Part shown: in pieces, positions 1 through 13,389 of the stretch
Layout of the letters: each line of letters opens with the position of its first letter
How positions within the stretch are numbered: position 1 is the first letter of the stretch
Assembly: GCA_013265495.1 (NCBI GenBank)
Contig: MU058418.1
Span: 2,258,917-2,322,916 of the forward strand
DNA length: 64,000 nt
Direction: 5' to 3'
Source of the DNA: Vicugna vicugna
Taxonomy: Eukaryota
The notes under the pieces: model-generated
Database searches by the model: none
What the model was told of the DNA's origin: nothing
Seen by the model: only the letters and a program-made list of their open reading frames with translations
Program-made: the position numbers and the translations under genes

Positions 1-4
1 CTGC

Positions 5-170
5 ATCATCTCAGTTCTCACAAGACCCCTAGGAAGTAGGTCTTAACTATTGTCTTCATTTGACAGATGGGGAAACTGAAGCACAGAGATTTATGTAACT
101 TGCCCAAGATCAAGCCCCTAGCAAGTGGAGGAATCAGGATTCAAACCCAGACAGGCTGGCTGTCCATCAC
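5..170 (-). mobile_element. MIR SINE
   Basis: MIR core in antisense: cagatggggaaactgaagcacagag...aacttgcccaag...ggattcaaacccag. Confidence 0.85.
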
Positions 171-514
171 TAAGCTATAAATGCTTAGTGTCACCAGCTG
201 CTTTTATAACCACAGTGGTAAAAATGCTGGGTTATTAGTGTGAACAGCCCTCATTTGATCCTCTCGCATGATCTGGATTTGTCAGCAACTCTGTATGCAG
301 ACATGCTGTTTCTGCTCTGTTGAACTTGAAAAAAAATTTTAATATTTAAAGAGGCTATACCTTTACTCTTCCCAGTACCCAGCACATTGTCCCAAGTGTA
401 GACATGCTTCCTGGGCAAGTACACTTTGCTCGACTCGTAGCTTAGTATGGAGGTTGTTATCAAGCCATCAGAACAGTGCTTCTGCTACTTAGGGTTGTTG
501 ACATCCTACTAAGT

Positions 515-605
515 TGTAAGTTCCCGGTGGGCAGCCCATCTTTGTGTTCCCTGCTGTCCCCAGAACAGTAGCTACATCTAGTACTTAGTAAATATTTGTT
601 GAAAT
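515..605 (+). mobile_element. L2 3' end fragment
   Basis: ttgtaagttcc...cttagtaaatatttgttgaa, the L2 terminal motif. Confidence 0.6.
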
Positions 606-778
606 GTACTGACTCTCACCCCCCCATCCCTTTCATTACCATCCAAGTCTGCGTGAGGCCCCCTGAGCTTCCCTGTAAGCCCACCTCACCTGTTCTTAAA
701 CACTTTTCAGTTCTTCTCCCGTCTGTTCCCTGCTCATAAGCCGTCTACCCTCTCCTGCTTCTGTTTCCCTGCTGCCTT

Positions 779-922
779 TTTTCTTGGGGGGAGGTTGCTA
801 ACTTTTTTTTGGAGGGGGAGGTAATTAGGTCTATCTATGTTTTTTAATGGAGGCACTGGGGATTAAACCCAGGACCTTGTGCATGCTAAGCATGTGCTTG
901 ACCACTGAGCTACACCCTCCCC
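779..922 (-). mobile_element. tRNA-Ala-derived SINE (camelid vic-1-like)
   Basis: Reverse complement GGGGAGGGTGTAGCTCAGTGG...TGCTTAGCATGCACAAGGTCCTGGGTTTAATCCCCAGTGCCTCCA, then a ctaattacctcccc tail and poly(A). TSD ccctgctgcctt at 767-778 and 921-932. Confidence 0.9.
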
Positions 923-2154
923 CTGCTGCCTTCTGATAGAAGAGTGCGCCGAGTTTTCAGCACTTTTCCTCTCTATCCTGATTCCACTTGCACCTGTGAC
1001 CAAATGCAGCGTGAGAAGGACCTGTGGGGAAGGACGTGCTGTGCAGCCCAGCGGTGACTGACTGTACTCATGCAGACCAGCCCGCCCTCGTTGTCCCACC
1101 TACCAGTTCTCTGGGAGCTTTTAACTAAGCAACAAATGCCAATCAGTGTAGGTTAAAAAGAACATGAGCACACATATTATTAGTGCCTGCTATTCCCTGG
1201 TTCACCTATTCCAGGAGTATGTCTCACTCGTTTAAAAATTACCTCTAAGAAATAGTTCAAAATATAATACATAGAGTTTGGGTAAGAACTAGACTAATTT
1301 GGGATTCTTCCTGTGCATAATGAGCTAAAATTTGTTTACTGTTTAAGGACCATAACATTGAGTTTATTCCTGCCCTAAGCACATCTCACAATAAATATCA
1401 CTTACTCATCTTAGAGTGGATGTCCCTGGGTACGGGCTTCTGCTTGGGGAAGCATTTCAGAAATCAGAGGGTGCTCTTACACAGTCAGAATTAGGGCACC
1501 TTTCACACCAATGAGGGGAGCATGACACTAGGTCATGATTAACTCAACTTTGTTGACTTTTCATGATATGTCACTTTCAGCAGTGAGTCCCTGAATACTC
1601 TCTGGGGTCCCCCCCCCCATTGATTTCATCTAGTCCTCTGCAGATGGTGGGCTCAGCTCTGCTGCGGGCTCAGAAAGTATTTCTGCCTTAATGGGTAACT
1701 CTTGTTATCTTTCCCAGACACCTGGGAGTACAGTCTTTAAAGGTTTAAGGATTAGAACAGTTGAGAGGCAGGGATGAATGAATAATCAGCTCATTCCTTC
1801 CACGGACAGGAGATGATCGGTGATGGCAGATCCTCAGCCGAGGGAAACTAGGCTGTGACCCCTTCTCTCACCCCAGAAATGATCACAGAAGTCTTTCTTT
1901 CTCTTTGATTCTGGCCTTCATTTTTCTTTCTTTTTCTTTCACCCTCTTTTGCTTTCCTCATATATATTTTTCAATTTCTGATTATCTCTTTCTGCTCCCT
2001 TCTTACCCCCTATTTCTTTCACTTTTACCTTCCTCTCCTTTCCCCCTCTTTTTCCTTTGCCATTCTCTCTCCATCACCTCCAGGGTATCTTTAGCTTTTT
2101 AAATTTTGAACAGTAATCTCTACAAAACACAAGTCTCCTTTATGTATTTTAGGA

Positions 2155-2390
2155 CAGCACTTTTCAGATTGTAGCTCTTGACTCGTAAGTGGGCCATGAA
2201 ATTAATTTAGTAGGTCTCCACACAACGAAATGAAAAGAAACAAAACTGAACTGAATTCAATAGAAGGCTCCAGTGCATGGCACGTAGTGTGGCTAAGTCT
2301 CATTTCATGGAATTTTATTTCTATACATAAATAATAGCGTGTATCAGTTTGGCATGCAAAGTGCATTTCTCACTGTGGGTGACAGTCACA
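2155..2390. mobile_element. hAT-Charlie-type MITE fragment
   Basis: cagcactttttcaga...gtgggccatgaaattaatttagtagg...tttctcactgtgggt resembles a MER-type Charlie MITE. Confidence 0.5.
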
Positions 2391-3169
2391 GGCTGGATTT
2401 ATATGAATGCACCTTTTCTGAAACCTCAGAAATTAAAAATCTTAGCTCTGTTCCTTGTATCTAGGCACTTAACCAATGTCTGTCGATTGAATGAAAGCGT
2501 GTGTGAATGATTCCTGTCGGGACTAAATAGACAAAAGAGAGAGATCAGGAAGAAAAAGGGTCAGGAAGAGATGAGAGAGGTTTCTGTGGTGTATCCAAAG
2601 TGGGAAAATGAATGCAGGCCTTGGAAAATATGCTCTCGTTACTCACAGTGAGTTGAGAGCTGGGGTGACCTTGCAGGGGGAGGAGGAGGAGGAGGCAAGA
2701 CACTACACCTGAACGTCAGAATGAAGAAGCTGTTAGGTAGATGGATAAAGGAACAACAGAGAAAAGTGAGTGCCTCTTTGTGTGCATATTATCTACAATG
2801 GCGTCTGCATACTATGTTCAACAAGAAAATCTAATAAAATAGGGTGAATTTTTTGAGCCTTTCAGAGAAAGGTTCTATCTAGAAAGGTTTCTGGCATATA
2901 GGGAATAATAAATGGAAGTTTAATTATAGGTACCTGTGTTACTAATTCAGTGTATCTAAAATGGCAGTGATATTTTTAAAATTTAGTATATTGCCTATTT
3001 TGGTGACTACAAAGCATACCACTTGCGAGAACTTCCGCAGGTTCACATGAGGTCTGAAGTACCCACTCGTAGTGTGGGTTTTTCTTTTTTCCAGGAACTT
3101 AGCTACTAGCTCTTCTGTAAGGTAAAGGATACTTACCTTCTAGGGAGAGCACCAAAGGCACTAAATGGC

Positions 3170-3900
3170 AGGTATTTATTTAATATTCTCTGTGTGCCAG
3201 ATTAGGGTTTGCATTGCACAGTTGAGTGAGATACAGTCCCTGCCTCTGAGGGTTCCCTTGACTGGGTCTGTGGTTCCGGGTGGGGGGAGGTGCCATGGGA
3301 GTGTTAGCTGAGGAGGCTGTGGGAGTGCAGAGAAGAATCTAAATCAGACAGAGATTCCTGGGCAGGCTTAGTCCAATTCTAAGGGAAAATGGAGTGATCT
3401 GGTTGAAGGAGGCAAAGAGGGCAGAGACTCAAGACCACACAGGAATTCCATGTCTAAGGCAAGTACTTAGTGAGGAAGCTAGAGACAGACTCCCAGGAGC
3501 AAGATCAGAACGAGATGCTAAGTGAGAGTGACCTTTGTCCTAAAAGCCTGTTTTCATCAGGGAGTGATCAGCTTGTATTTGCATTTCAGAAAGGTCACTC
3601 TGGAAATAGCATGGAGAATGGATTGGAGGCAGAGGGATAAATGACCTATCTGTTGGAAACATCAGAACAAGAAAGTGATTGGAATCTGCTGTTTGCAGTT
3701 GAAATAAAAGGATTTGTATTGTAAAGGTAGAATCTGTAGGGCTTTGTAAAACTTGGTCATGGATTAGGTGTGAGGAAGTGTTAGAGGCAGATGTTTTCCA
3801 GCTTGGTTGACTCAGTCTGGTCACCAGGATTGGAAATACATGACAAATGCAAGTTTGGGGCCTACGGGAGTTCATTTGTAACAATAATAGAGTATCTAAG
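3170..3900 (-). mobile_element. L2 fragment
   Basis: Antisense L2 3' region: tatttatt...ctgtgtgccag...acagtccctgcctc...gcatttcagaaaggtcactctgg. Confidence 0.7.
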
Positions 3901-4914
3901 ACAATTTGTCTGGGGTTCAAGGGGTTTTAGATTAGAGAGATTCAATAATTTGGGTTTTTTTTTTCTGCTCTTCATTTAAAAATCAAGTAAGTTAAACCTC
4001 TTCTCTTTCTCTGAAGGGGGTCCAAGTTAAATAGATTATTATACATGCTTTTTAAATTTTCTGGAGATCCATGGTCCAATTAAAGGAAAAAAATCCTTCA
4101 ATTACTGATACAGAAGAATTCATGAGGGTGTTAAGTGTATTTTTAGCCCATAAAACACTGACTGACTTTTTACATGAGCAAGCAGGTTATTCCTGGGGGA
4201 ACAGAGTGGATACCTAGAGGGCCATGTGAGGAGTATTACTCATTGGTTTTCTCAGCTCTGTATACAAGAATTACGTTTTGTACCTGTTGAACCTTTTGGC
4301 TTTTTTGTTGGTTTACCAAATTATCATCAATTTTGTGTATGGAAGGTGAGTGGGATGGTTTTGGGCAGATGGAGGGGTTGTTGGGCTTTGTGTTTTGTCT
4401 CCGTGGCTTCCTGACAGCCCTTCCTTCTGCACAGCGAAGATGTGTACCCAGGAATGATGTATTTGATGTATATGGTGCCCTTGTCTTCTCCGAGCATATG
4501 TGAGAGGTCTTTCCAGTGAAGGTAAAATTTCGATTGGAATACAAGAAAAAACATTTCAATTTTATATTTAAATGTAGATTTGTCATCCTATATGACTCAG
4601 AACCCCTTGGGGCTTTTACACATAATTTAAAAATAAAGTACAAATCCCATTAAGTCCTAATGGTGTTTAAAATCCACCAACAGGCATCAATAGTCTTTTA
4701 ATGCTGTATTAGTAATTTTCCCTGTGTAACATTTTAATATTATTCATTTTCCTTTATGGCCTTATGAAGAAATTTGAGGGATCCTATCATGGAAAGCAGT
4801 TTCTATAAACATCCTTCTGTTCTCCCTCTCAGTTTTTTCAGAACAGAAAGCCCTTGGTTTAAAAAAAAAATAAGACCCATTATGTGATATTTTTTATTTG
4901 ACATTAATCTAAAA

Positions 4915-5020
4915 AGACTGCTAGTTATTGGAAGGCAGGGCTTATCTGCCTTTGTATCCCCAGTCCCTAGCACAACACCTGGTTATGCAGTAATAAGCCT
5001 TAATAAATTATGAATGAATA
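4915..5020 (+). mobile_element. L2 3' end
   Basis: gaaggcagggc...tgtatccccagtccctagcacaacacctgg...taataaattatgaatgaat. Confidence 0.7.
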
Positions 5021-5206
5021 ATAGTTTTACCTCTTTAAGGAATATTATGCAATAGTTAAGTGTGAGGGAGGAAAAGGGAGAAATGTCAGAGTTAACAAAT
5101 TGAGGCAGATGGTAAGACAAATGATAAATATTTATGAGTTTTTACTTTGCTATAGTATATTTTCAGTTTAAGATACAATAACACAGAGTTCTTGGCAGGT
5201 GACATG

Positions 5207-5325
5207 GTGTAACACATTTATTGATTTGTGTGTGTTGAGCTATTCTTGCATCCCAAAGATGAATTCCGCTTGAATGTGGTGTATGACCCCTTTAATGTGC
5301 TGTTGAATTTGGTTTGCTGGTACTG
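5207..5325 (-). mobile_element. Older L1 ORF2 fragment
   Basis: Homologous to the L1 ORF2 segment at about 7665-7780 but diverged from it. Confidence 0.7.
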
Positions 5326-8190
5326 AATTTTTAAAAGTTGAAGTATAGTTGATTTACAATGTTATAAGTGTACAGCAAAGTGATTCAGTTATATATGTCT
5401 GTGTGTATCATTTTCAGATTATTCCCCATTAGAAGGTATTACAAGAAGTTGAATATAGTTCCCTGTGCTATACGGTAGGACCTTGTTGCTTGTCTATTTT
5501 ATATATAGTAGTATGTATCTGTTAATCCCAAACTCTTAGTTTACCCCTTCTCTGCCTTTCCCCTTTGGTAACCATAAGTTGATTTTCTATGTCTGTGAGT
5601 CTGTTTCTGCTTTACAAATAAGTTCCTTTGTATCATTTTTTTTTTAGATTCCACATATAAGTGATATCATATGATACTTGTCTTTCTTTGACATACTTCA
5701 CTTAGTGTGTTAATTGCTAGGTCCATCCATGTTGCTGCCAATAGTATTTTTTTACAGCTGAGTAATATTCCATTATATATACATATTTGTATACACACAC
5801 ACATATCTTAATCCATTCATCTCTCAGTGGACATTTAAGTTGCTTTCATGTCTTGGCCATTTTAAGTAGTGCTGCTGTGAACATTGGGGTGGATATATCT
5901 TTTCGAATTAGAGTTTCCTCCAGATATATGCCCAGGAGTAGGATTGCTGTGTCTTATGATAGCTCTATTTTTATTTTTAAGGAACATCCATACTGTTCTT
6001 TGTAGTGGCTGCACCAATTTACATTCCCACCAACAGTATAGGAGAGTACCCTTTTCTCCATGCCCTCTCCAGCATTTATTATTTGTAGATTTTTTAATGT
6101 TAGCCATTATGACTAGTATGAGGTGATACCTCATTGTAGTTTTGATTTGCAAGATGTATCTCTAATAATTAGTGATATAGAGCATCTTTTCATGCCCCTG
6201 TTGGTCATTTGTATGTCTTCTTTGCAGAAATAACTATTTAGGTCTTTGGCCAGTTTTTTTGGGGGGGGTTGTTTATTTGATATTGAATTCTGTAAGCTAT
6301 TTGTATATTTTGGAAACTAATCCCCGTCAGTCACATCATTTGCAAATATTTTCTCCCATTCTGTTGGTTGTCTTTTTGTTTTATGGTTTCTTTTGCCATA
6401 CAACAGCTTTTAAGTTTAATTAGGTCCTGTTTATTTTGTTTTTGTTGTTTTTATTCTAGGATATGGATCCAAACAAATACTGCTGCAATTTATGTCAAAG
6501 AATGTTCTGTGTTCTCCTCTAGGAGTTTAGAATATCTGGTCTTACATTTAGGTCTTTAATTCATTCTGAGTTTATTTTTGTATATGGTATTAGAGAATGT
6601 TCTAATTTCATTCTTTCACATGTAGCTGTCCAGTTCTCTCAGCACCACTTATTGAAGAGACTGTCTTTTCTCCATTGTATATCCTTGCCTCCTTTGTTGT
6701 AGATTAATCAACCATACATGTGTGGGCTTATTTCTGGGCTTTCTATCTTGTTCCATTGATACGTATGTCTGTTTTTGTGCCAGTACTCTACTGTTATAAT
6801 TACGGTAGCTTTGTAGTATAGTCTGAAGTCAGGGAGCGTGATTCCTCCAGCTCAATTCTTCTCAAGATTTTTTTGGCTTTTGTTGTCTTTCATGTCGCCA
6901 TACAAATTTTTTAAAAAAAATTTGTTCCAATTCTGTGAAGAATCCATTTGTAATTTGATAGAGATTGCATTGAATTTATAGGTTGCCTTGACTAGTATGG
7001 TCATTTTAACAATATTGATTCTTCCAATCCAAGAACATGGTGTATCTTTCCATCTATTTGTGCTGTCTTCAATTTCTTTCTTCAGCATCTTACAGTTTTT
7101 GGAGTACAGGTCATTTGCTACCTTAGGTAGGTTTATTCCTAGGTATTTTATTCTTTTTGATGTGATGGTAAATGGGATTGTTTTCTTAATTTTTCTGATT
7201 TCTGTTATTGGTATATAGAAATGCAACAGATTTCTGTATATTAATTTTGTATCCTGCAACTTTACTGAATTTATTGATGAGCTCTAGTAGTTTTCTGGTG
7301 GCATATTTAGGATTTTCTATGTATAGTATCATGTCACCTGCAAAGAGTGACAGTTTTACTTCTTCCTTTCCATTTTGGATTTTTTGTTTTTCTTCTAATT
7401 GCTGTGGCCAGGACTTCCAAAACTATATTGAATAGAAATGGCAACAGTAGGCATCTTTGTATTGTTCCTGATCTTAGAGGAAATCCTTTCAGCTTTTCAC
7501 TGAGTATGAAGGTTTGTTATATATGGCCTTCGTTTTGTTGAGGTATGTTCCCTCTGTGCCCACTTTCTGGAGAATTGTTGTCATAAATAAATGTTGAATT
7601 TTATCAGAAGCTTTTTCTACATCTATTGAGATAATCATATGGTTTTTACTCTTCAATTTGTTAATGTGCTGTATCACATTGATTTGCAGATACTGAAAAA
7701 TCCTTGCATCCCTGGGATAAATCCCACTTGATCAAGATGTATGATCCTTTAATGTATTGTTGGATTGCTTTGCCTATATTTTTTTGAGGATTTTTGTGTC
7801 TGTGTTTATCAGCAATATTGACCTGTAAGTTTCTTTTTTATATTTTTGTCTGCTTTTGGTATCAGGGTGATTGATAGTGGCCTCATAGGATTTCAGAAGT
7901 TCTCCTTCCTCTGCAATTTTTAGGAATAGTTTCAGAAGGGTAAGTGTCAACTCTTCTCTAAATTTTTGGTAGAATTTGCCCGTGAAGCTATCTAATCCTG
8001 GACTTTTGTTTGTTGGGAGTTTTTCCATTACTGATTCAATTTCAGTACTAACAATTGGTCTATTCTTCTATTTCTGTTTTCTATTTCTTCCTGGGTCAGT
8101 CTGCCTTTGTATGAATTTGTCCATCTCTTCTAGATTGTCCATTTTATTGGTATATAGTTGCTTGTGGTAGTCTCTTACGATCCTTGGTAT
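5326..8190 (-). mobile_element. L1 (artiodactyl/camelid type): 3' UTR plus ORF2 RT/C-terminal part, frameshifted
   Basis: Minus-strand ORF fragments [10 protein letters not shown]...[35 protein letters not shown] and KSPGLDSFTGKFYQ; L1 3' UTR terminus near 5330. Confidence 0.95.
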
Positions 8191-10312
8191 TTCTGTGATT
8201 ATCAGTTGTAATGTCTCCTCTTTCATATATGTTTATTGATTTGGGTCCTTTCTTTTTTTCTTTGTTAGTATTTTATATATTTTGTTTATATTTTCAGAGA
8301 GCCAACCCTTGGTTTTGTTATTTTTCTATTATTTTCCTATTCTGCTCTAATCTTTAGTACTTCCTTTCTTCTGCCAACTTCTGGATTAGTTTGTTCTTGT
8401 TCTAGTTCCTTGACATATGTTAGATTGTTTATTTGAGATCTTTTTTCTTGATGAATGTATTTCTCTCTATTAACTTGCCTCTTAGAACTGCTTTTACTAC
8501 ATCCCGTGAATTTTGGTATATTGTGTTTCTGTTCCTGTTTGTCTCAAGATATTTTCTATTTCTCTTTTGATTTCTTCTTTGACCCACTGTTTGTTCAGGA
8601 GTGTGTTGTTCAATTTGCATGTCTTTTTTTTCAGCCTTCCTCTTATTATGGATTTTTAGTTTCATTCCACTGTGATCAGTAAAGATACTTGGTATAATTC
8701 CTGTCTTCTTAAATTTGTTGAGGCCTGTTTTACACATCTGCTAGAAAATGTTCCATCTGCACCTGAGAAGAATGTATATTCTGCTGCTGTTGGATGGAAT
8801 GTTCTATATATATCTGTTAGGTGTGTTGGCCTGCAGTTTTATTCAAATTCTGTTTTTCTTATTTTCTTTCTGGATGACCTATCCATTGTTGAGAGTGGGG
8901 TATTAACGTTCCCAACTATTATTGTATTGCTGTTTATTTCTCCTTTAGTTAGTTTTGCATTATGTATTTAGGTTCTCCAATGTTAGGTATATAACTGTTT
9001 ATGATTGTTAGGTCTTCTTGGTGGTTTAACCCCCTTTATCATTATATAATGACTTCCATTGTCTCTTTTAGACTATTTTTAACTTAGTCTATTCTGTTTG
9101 GTTTAAGTGTAGTGACTGCTGCTTTCTTTGGTTACCAGTTGCTTAAAATATCTTTTTCTATCCCTTCACTCTATCTTTGTCCTTAAAACTAAAGTGAGCT
9201 TCTTGTAGGCAGCATCTCATCACATCTTTTTTTCAGCCACTGTGTATCTTTTGGAGAATTTAATCCATTTACATTTGTAAAAATTGATAGGCAAGGACTT
9301 ACTATTGCCATTTTGTTCATTGTTTTCTGTTTTGTAGATCCTTTGTTCATTTGATGGCTTTTTGAAGCAATCTACTTTCATAATCTTTTATGTATCTAGT
9401 ACAAGTTTTTTCCTTCTGGTTACCACTGAGGCTTACATAAAGTATCTCACACTTATAATATCCTATTTTAAGGTGATAATAACTTATCTTCAATAGCAAA
9501 CCTTATACTTTTACATCTCTCCTCCCTACATTTTAGGTTCCTGATGTTACCATTTACCTCTTTTTTATATTATATATTCAGTTACAAATTACTTTAGTCA
9601 TGTTTAATACATTTGTTTTTTAACTTTTAAACTAGAATTGCATGTTAATTACACACCACCATTACAATATTAGAGACTGACTATTTTACTACCATGAGAT
9701 TTACACAATCATGTGTTCTTGCAACGTTAACTGTCACCCTTTTATTTCCACTGTCCACTGAGCTCCTTGGACAGAAAGAGCCACTGTTCAGCTCTGTAGA
9801 AGCAAAGAGCCTCTGGCTGTGATCTCTGTTCAGTCTGCAGGGAGGAATGCGTTTTGCCAACATCTGAGTTCTAGTCACTGTCAGCCCTGTGCCCTTCTCC
9901 ATTTGTATTGGATTCCCTGTGGTCAAGTTCCACAGATTTCCCCAGTGATCTTTGTGAGGTGAGACTCCCGTGGGCCTCCTGGGAAGCACCCTGCAATGCT
10001 GGTGGAACTGGATCTTCACTTTGGGCTCTTTTTTCCCTTCACTGTAGAAACAATAGGCCTGGGAGCCCTCTTGTGTGGCCTTGTGATGGTCCAGGGGATG
10101 GGATGGGCAGTGTGGTCAGAGTGTAGCCATTCCGCTTACCTTTCTAATGCTGTTCTTGTTGGTCTCTGTGGGAGGGGGTGCTTTCACCTCCCCCCACCCC
10201 GTATTCTGGGATTTTCACAATGGTGTCTTGTCTTAAGGATAGTTGCTATGTGGTCTTCTTGTGAAGGGAACTGACATTGGGGACAAACGACCTTTGATGC
10301 TACCTTGATCCA
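8191..10312 (-). mobile_element. More degraded L1 (L1M-type): EN domain, inter-ORF region and 5' UTR-like end; ORF1 largely missing
   Basis: ORF 8429-8737(-) LNKFKKTGIIPSIFTDHSGMKL is the L1 endonuclease end; 9740-10310 is GC-richer and L1 5' UTR-like. Confidence 0.75.
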
Positions 10313-11569
10313 TGATTTTCTTATTTTCTGTTCCTTGCTGCTACCAAATTGCTGAATCTCTTCTAAAGAATTACTCAAAAATTTCCCTCATGTGTAACTG
10401 TCTCTTGGAATCCCTTGATCAACATGCTAGAATTAAATTATGATTTCCTGATTTCCATCTGCCTGTTGTTTCCAAATATATGAAACACTTAACAGTTTTG
10501 CTTTGTTTTTGTATTTAACGTATTCTTAGAATCTTGTGACTTAAAAAAATTATAGCAGTTTGATCTCAGTTGCAAAAGGAAAATTTTTACCTTAAAAAAC
10601 AACTTACCTCTCAAACCCACTTTCCATTAGCTTTCAAAAACACTCTTTATAAGATAATTTACATCCATTAGTAAAGGGTCACAGTTTCTATTCTGTATGT
10701 GCGATGTCACCAAAAAACTAAGTAAGCCCCAAAATACCTGAATAAGATATATCCTGTCTTTATCCAGAAGAGGGACTTGAGACTATCTTGACTTTCTTAA
10801 CCATTTTGTTTTATGATTTATAAGTGTGTTAAAGTTCATTACTGAATGTCAAAATAAAGTCAATTAGTTCTTTGTAAGCATTGTACATCCAAGTAATACC
10901 TCTTTAAAAGTAAAACTCTTTCAGGTGTATTTCAAAAGATGAATAGCTACATTGGTAGTTCCTTTATGTATTTAGAAAAGAGGAAAGTAAACTGACTAAA
11001 TACTTATTTTTAATAATAGAATAGAGCTAGGATAAACATTCTGATAATCTCAGAAGCTTCAGTAAATATTTAGTAGACAGAAAAAGAGCAAAAATGTAAT
11101 TTTAGGTATCTTTTCGGGAACTCTAGATAAAATTATATTTGCAGCTTCTCAGACCAGTAACCTTGTCTTACATACTGTTTTATACTCATTATCATTCTTA
11201 CCCAAAGATTTTGCTTCTACTTATTTTCACAATTTTAATACAGCGGGTATTACTCTTCTTGCATTTTCTCATGCTGTAACAGAATCCATTATTGGGTTAT
11301 TTATAGATCATGTAGATGATATAATTAAATTGAATGTATTATTTACTAGTTTATAATTTCATTTTAGCCTTTAATTTTTGTTTTTATATCTAGACTCTTG
11401 GATGTTTCCCAACAGTCTCACAATGAGAAAATCAGTTGGTATCGTCTGAATTCTTCATATTCATCTGTTTCCCAAAGCCTAGCTGTAATGGCGTCTAGAG
11501 ATATAAGGATACAGTCAAACGTGTGTGGAAAGGTCCCATTTGTGCACACACATGTGTTTAGCATATTTG

Positions 11570-11735
11570 GACCATGATATTTGAGAACTAGAAGATGTTT
11601 AGAGATCACTGGACTCAGTCCTCTGATTTTTCTAAGAAAACAAGCCCTAGAGAGGGTCAGCAGCTCAGTCAGTCAGAGTTGCAGAACTTAAGTGATAAAG
11701 CTGGGACTCAAATTCATTTCCCTGAGACTTAAACT
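11570..11735 (-). mobile_element. MIR/MIR3 fragment
   Basis: ttagagatcact...ccctagagaggg...gctgggactcaaa. Confidence 0.5.
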
Positions 11736-11909
11736 CAAAATCCAATACATGATCTCCTGAGCCAGGCAGCTGGAAATTTTCTAACCCATACTCCCACTGG
11801 TACAGCTGAAAGTGAGGGAGCCTCCCGCAGGCAGCATGGACAGAAACAAATAGTGACAGCTAGCACCTCGTCACTAAACGGAGAAAAGGAAAATGGTAAA
11901 AAGTCTAAA

Positions 11910-13185
11910 GCAGTTGAGTCTCAAAATGTGGTCACAAATTCCTGGGAAGTCCTCCAGCTCCCACTGAGTCAAGTCCTTCTCTGGCCTGGCTCCTAAAATG
12001 AATGGCCACCCCTCCCCCAACCAGTCTTCAGCATTGGCGGGGCCGTGAGGGAACCTGAGGTGTGGGTGGGTGTGTGTCCGTCCGTCCAGGTATGCTTAAG
12101 TAACTCTTTGATAAAGTGGTAAAAATTATTAAGTCTCAACCCTTGAATATGTCTTTTTAGTATTCTTTGTGACAAAATGGGAAATACACGTAAAAGATTT
12201 CTGTTACATATCAAAATATGATGGTTGTCTCAAGGAAAAGTGAGATTGTCTAAGTTGTGAGCTGAACTTACCACTTTTTTCGCAGAACACCAGTTGAAAG
12301 TTTCTTCAGACTTCAGTATCTGGCAGGTACTTTCTTACAAATGAACAAAGTAAGCCTGTCACTTTAAGAAAAACAGTTGTGAGTATTTGTTAGTGATAAA
12401 ATTAGATGTTTCAAGCCAAAATTAAAATTTTGAAAAACTTGTATCCACCATCATAAGCAATAATTAAATATTTTTCTAGTGAGACTGGTAACAACCTTAA
12501 CAAATGTGATTTTTTTTTGATATTGTGTAATGAAATGTGTTACCATTTGGAAGCTCTCATAACTCAGTGAGCCCATATTGTCCAAATGACCAATGCATGC
12601 TATTAAAAAAAAATCACCACGGGTAAGAAAACCAATTCCAAGTGCAAGATACACCAGTGGACTTTAAAATGAAAGTATATGAAAAATTCATTGATACGAT
12701 TTCAGATTCTACATTGCAACTAACCTTTAAGAAACTTACCAAGTTTTGGTATAGTATCAAAGAAAAATAGCCTCAGTTATCTGGGAACATTATTAAAATG
12801 CTTCTTCCTTTTCCAATTACATATCTCTGTGAGGTCAGATTTTCCTCTTAAACTTCAACCAGAGCAACATATTATGACATATTTAGCTAACAGCAAATTT
12901 GAGAATTCAGTTATCATCTGTTACACCAGACATTGAAGAGATTTGCTAACATCTCTTCAGTGTCTTCAAAGTCTTCACTGCTTCCTTTTAAATTTTCTTT
13001 TGTTTGGGAAAATAGTTATTTTTCATTAAAATACTTATTAATATTTATTAGATTTATTAAGTTAATTAATAAATACTTTAAAATTTCTCATATAGTAAAA
13101 ATCAGTAGATATAACCCAATAAAACAAAGCTTATTGGGGTCTGCAATAATTAAGAGTATAAAGAGGTCCTGAGTCTAGAAAGGCA
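11910..13185 (+). mobile_element. Charlie1 (hAT) DNA transposon remnant
   Basis: Decayed transposase motif tgatggttgtctcaaggaaaag (about RWLSRGK); Charlie1-like 3' end ttggggtc...aagaggtcctgag. Confidence 0.8.
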
Positions 13186-13389
13186 TAGACTATTTGACCA
13201 GTTATGTCAGTAGGAGTGCCAAGGCATCCAAGGCATTACTACAGTATAACCCTGTTCAGTCCTTGCCAGCAGAATGTTATTCCTGACTGGTTGAAGAAAT
13301 GTTTATTTTCTATAGTGTTTTATTATTTAAGGAATTAAGGAAGTAGTTTCTTTTTAAAGTTTTCTATAAAAAAATTGTTTGAACCCCGC

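Noticed and set aside
848..922. tRNA-Ala(AGC) gene
   Set aside because: It has mismatched stems, a SINE tail, poly(A) and a TSD, so it is a SINE head. The same applies to 55095-55158.
10608..10737. Minus-strand exon-like segment (cttattcag|GTATTT...GAG|gtaagt)
   Set aside because: It has stops in all three frames, no partner exons and no recognisable protein; such splice-like pairs are common by chance.
11418..11496. WD40-like peptide TARLWETDEY on the minus strand
   Set aside because: It is too short, ends in a stop, and has no other repeats or exons.
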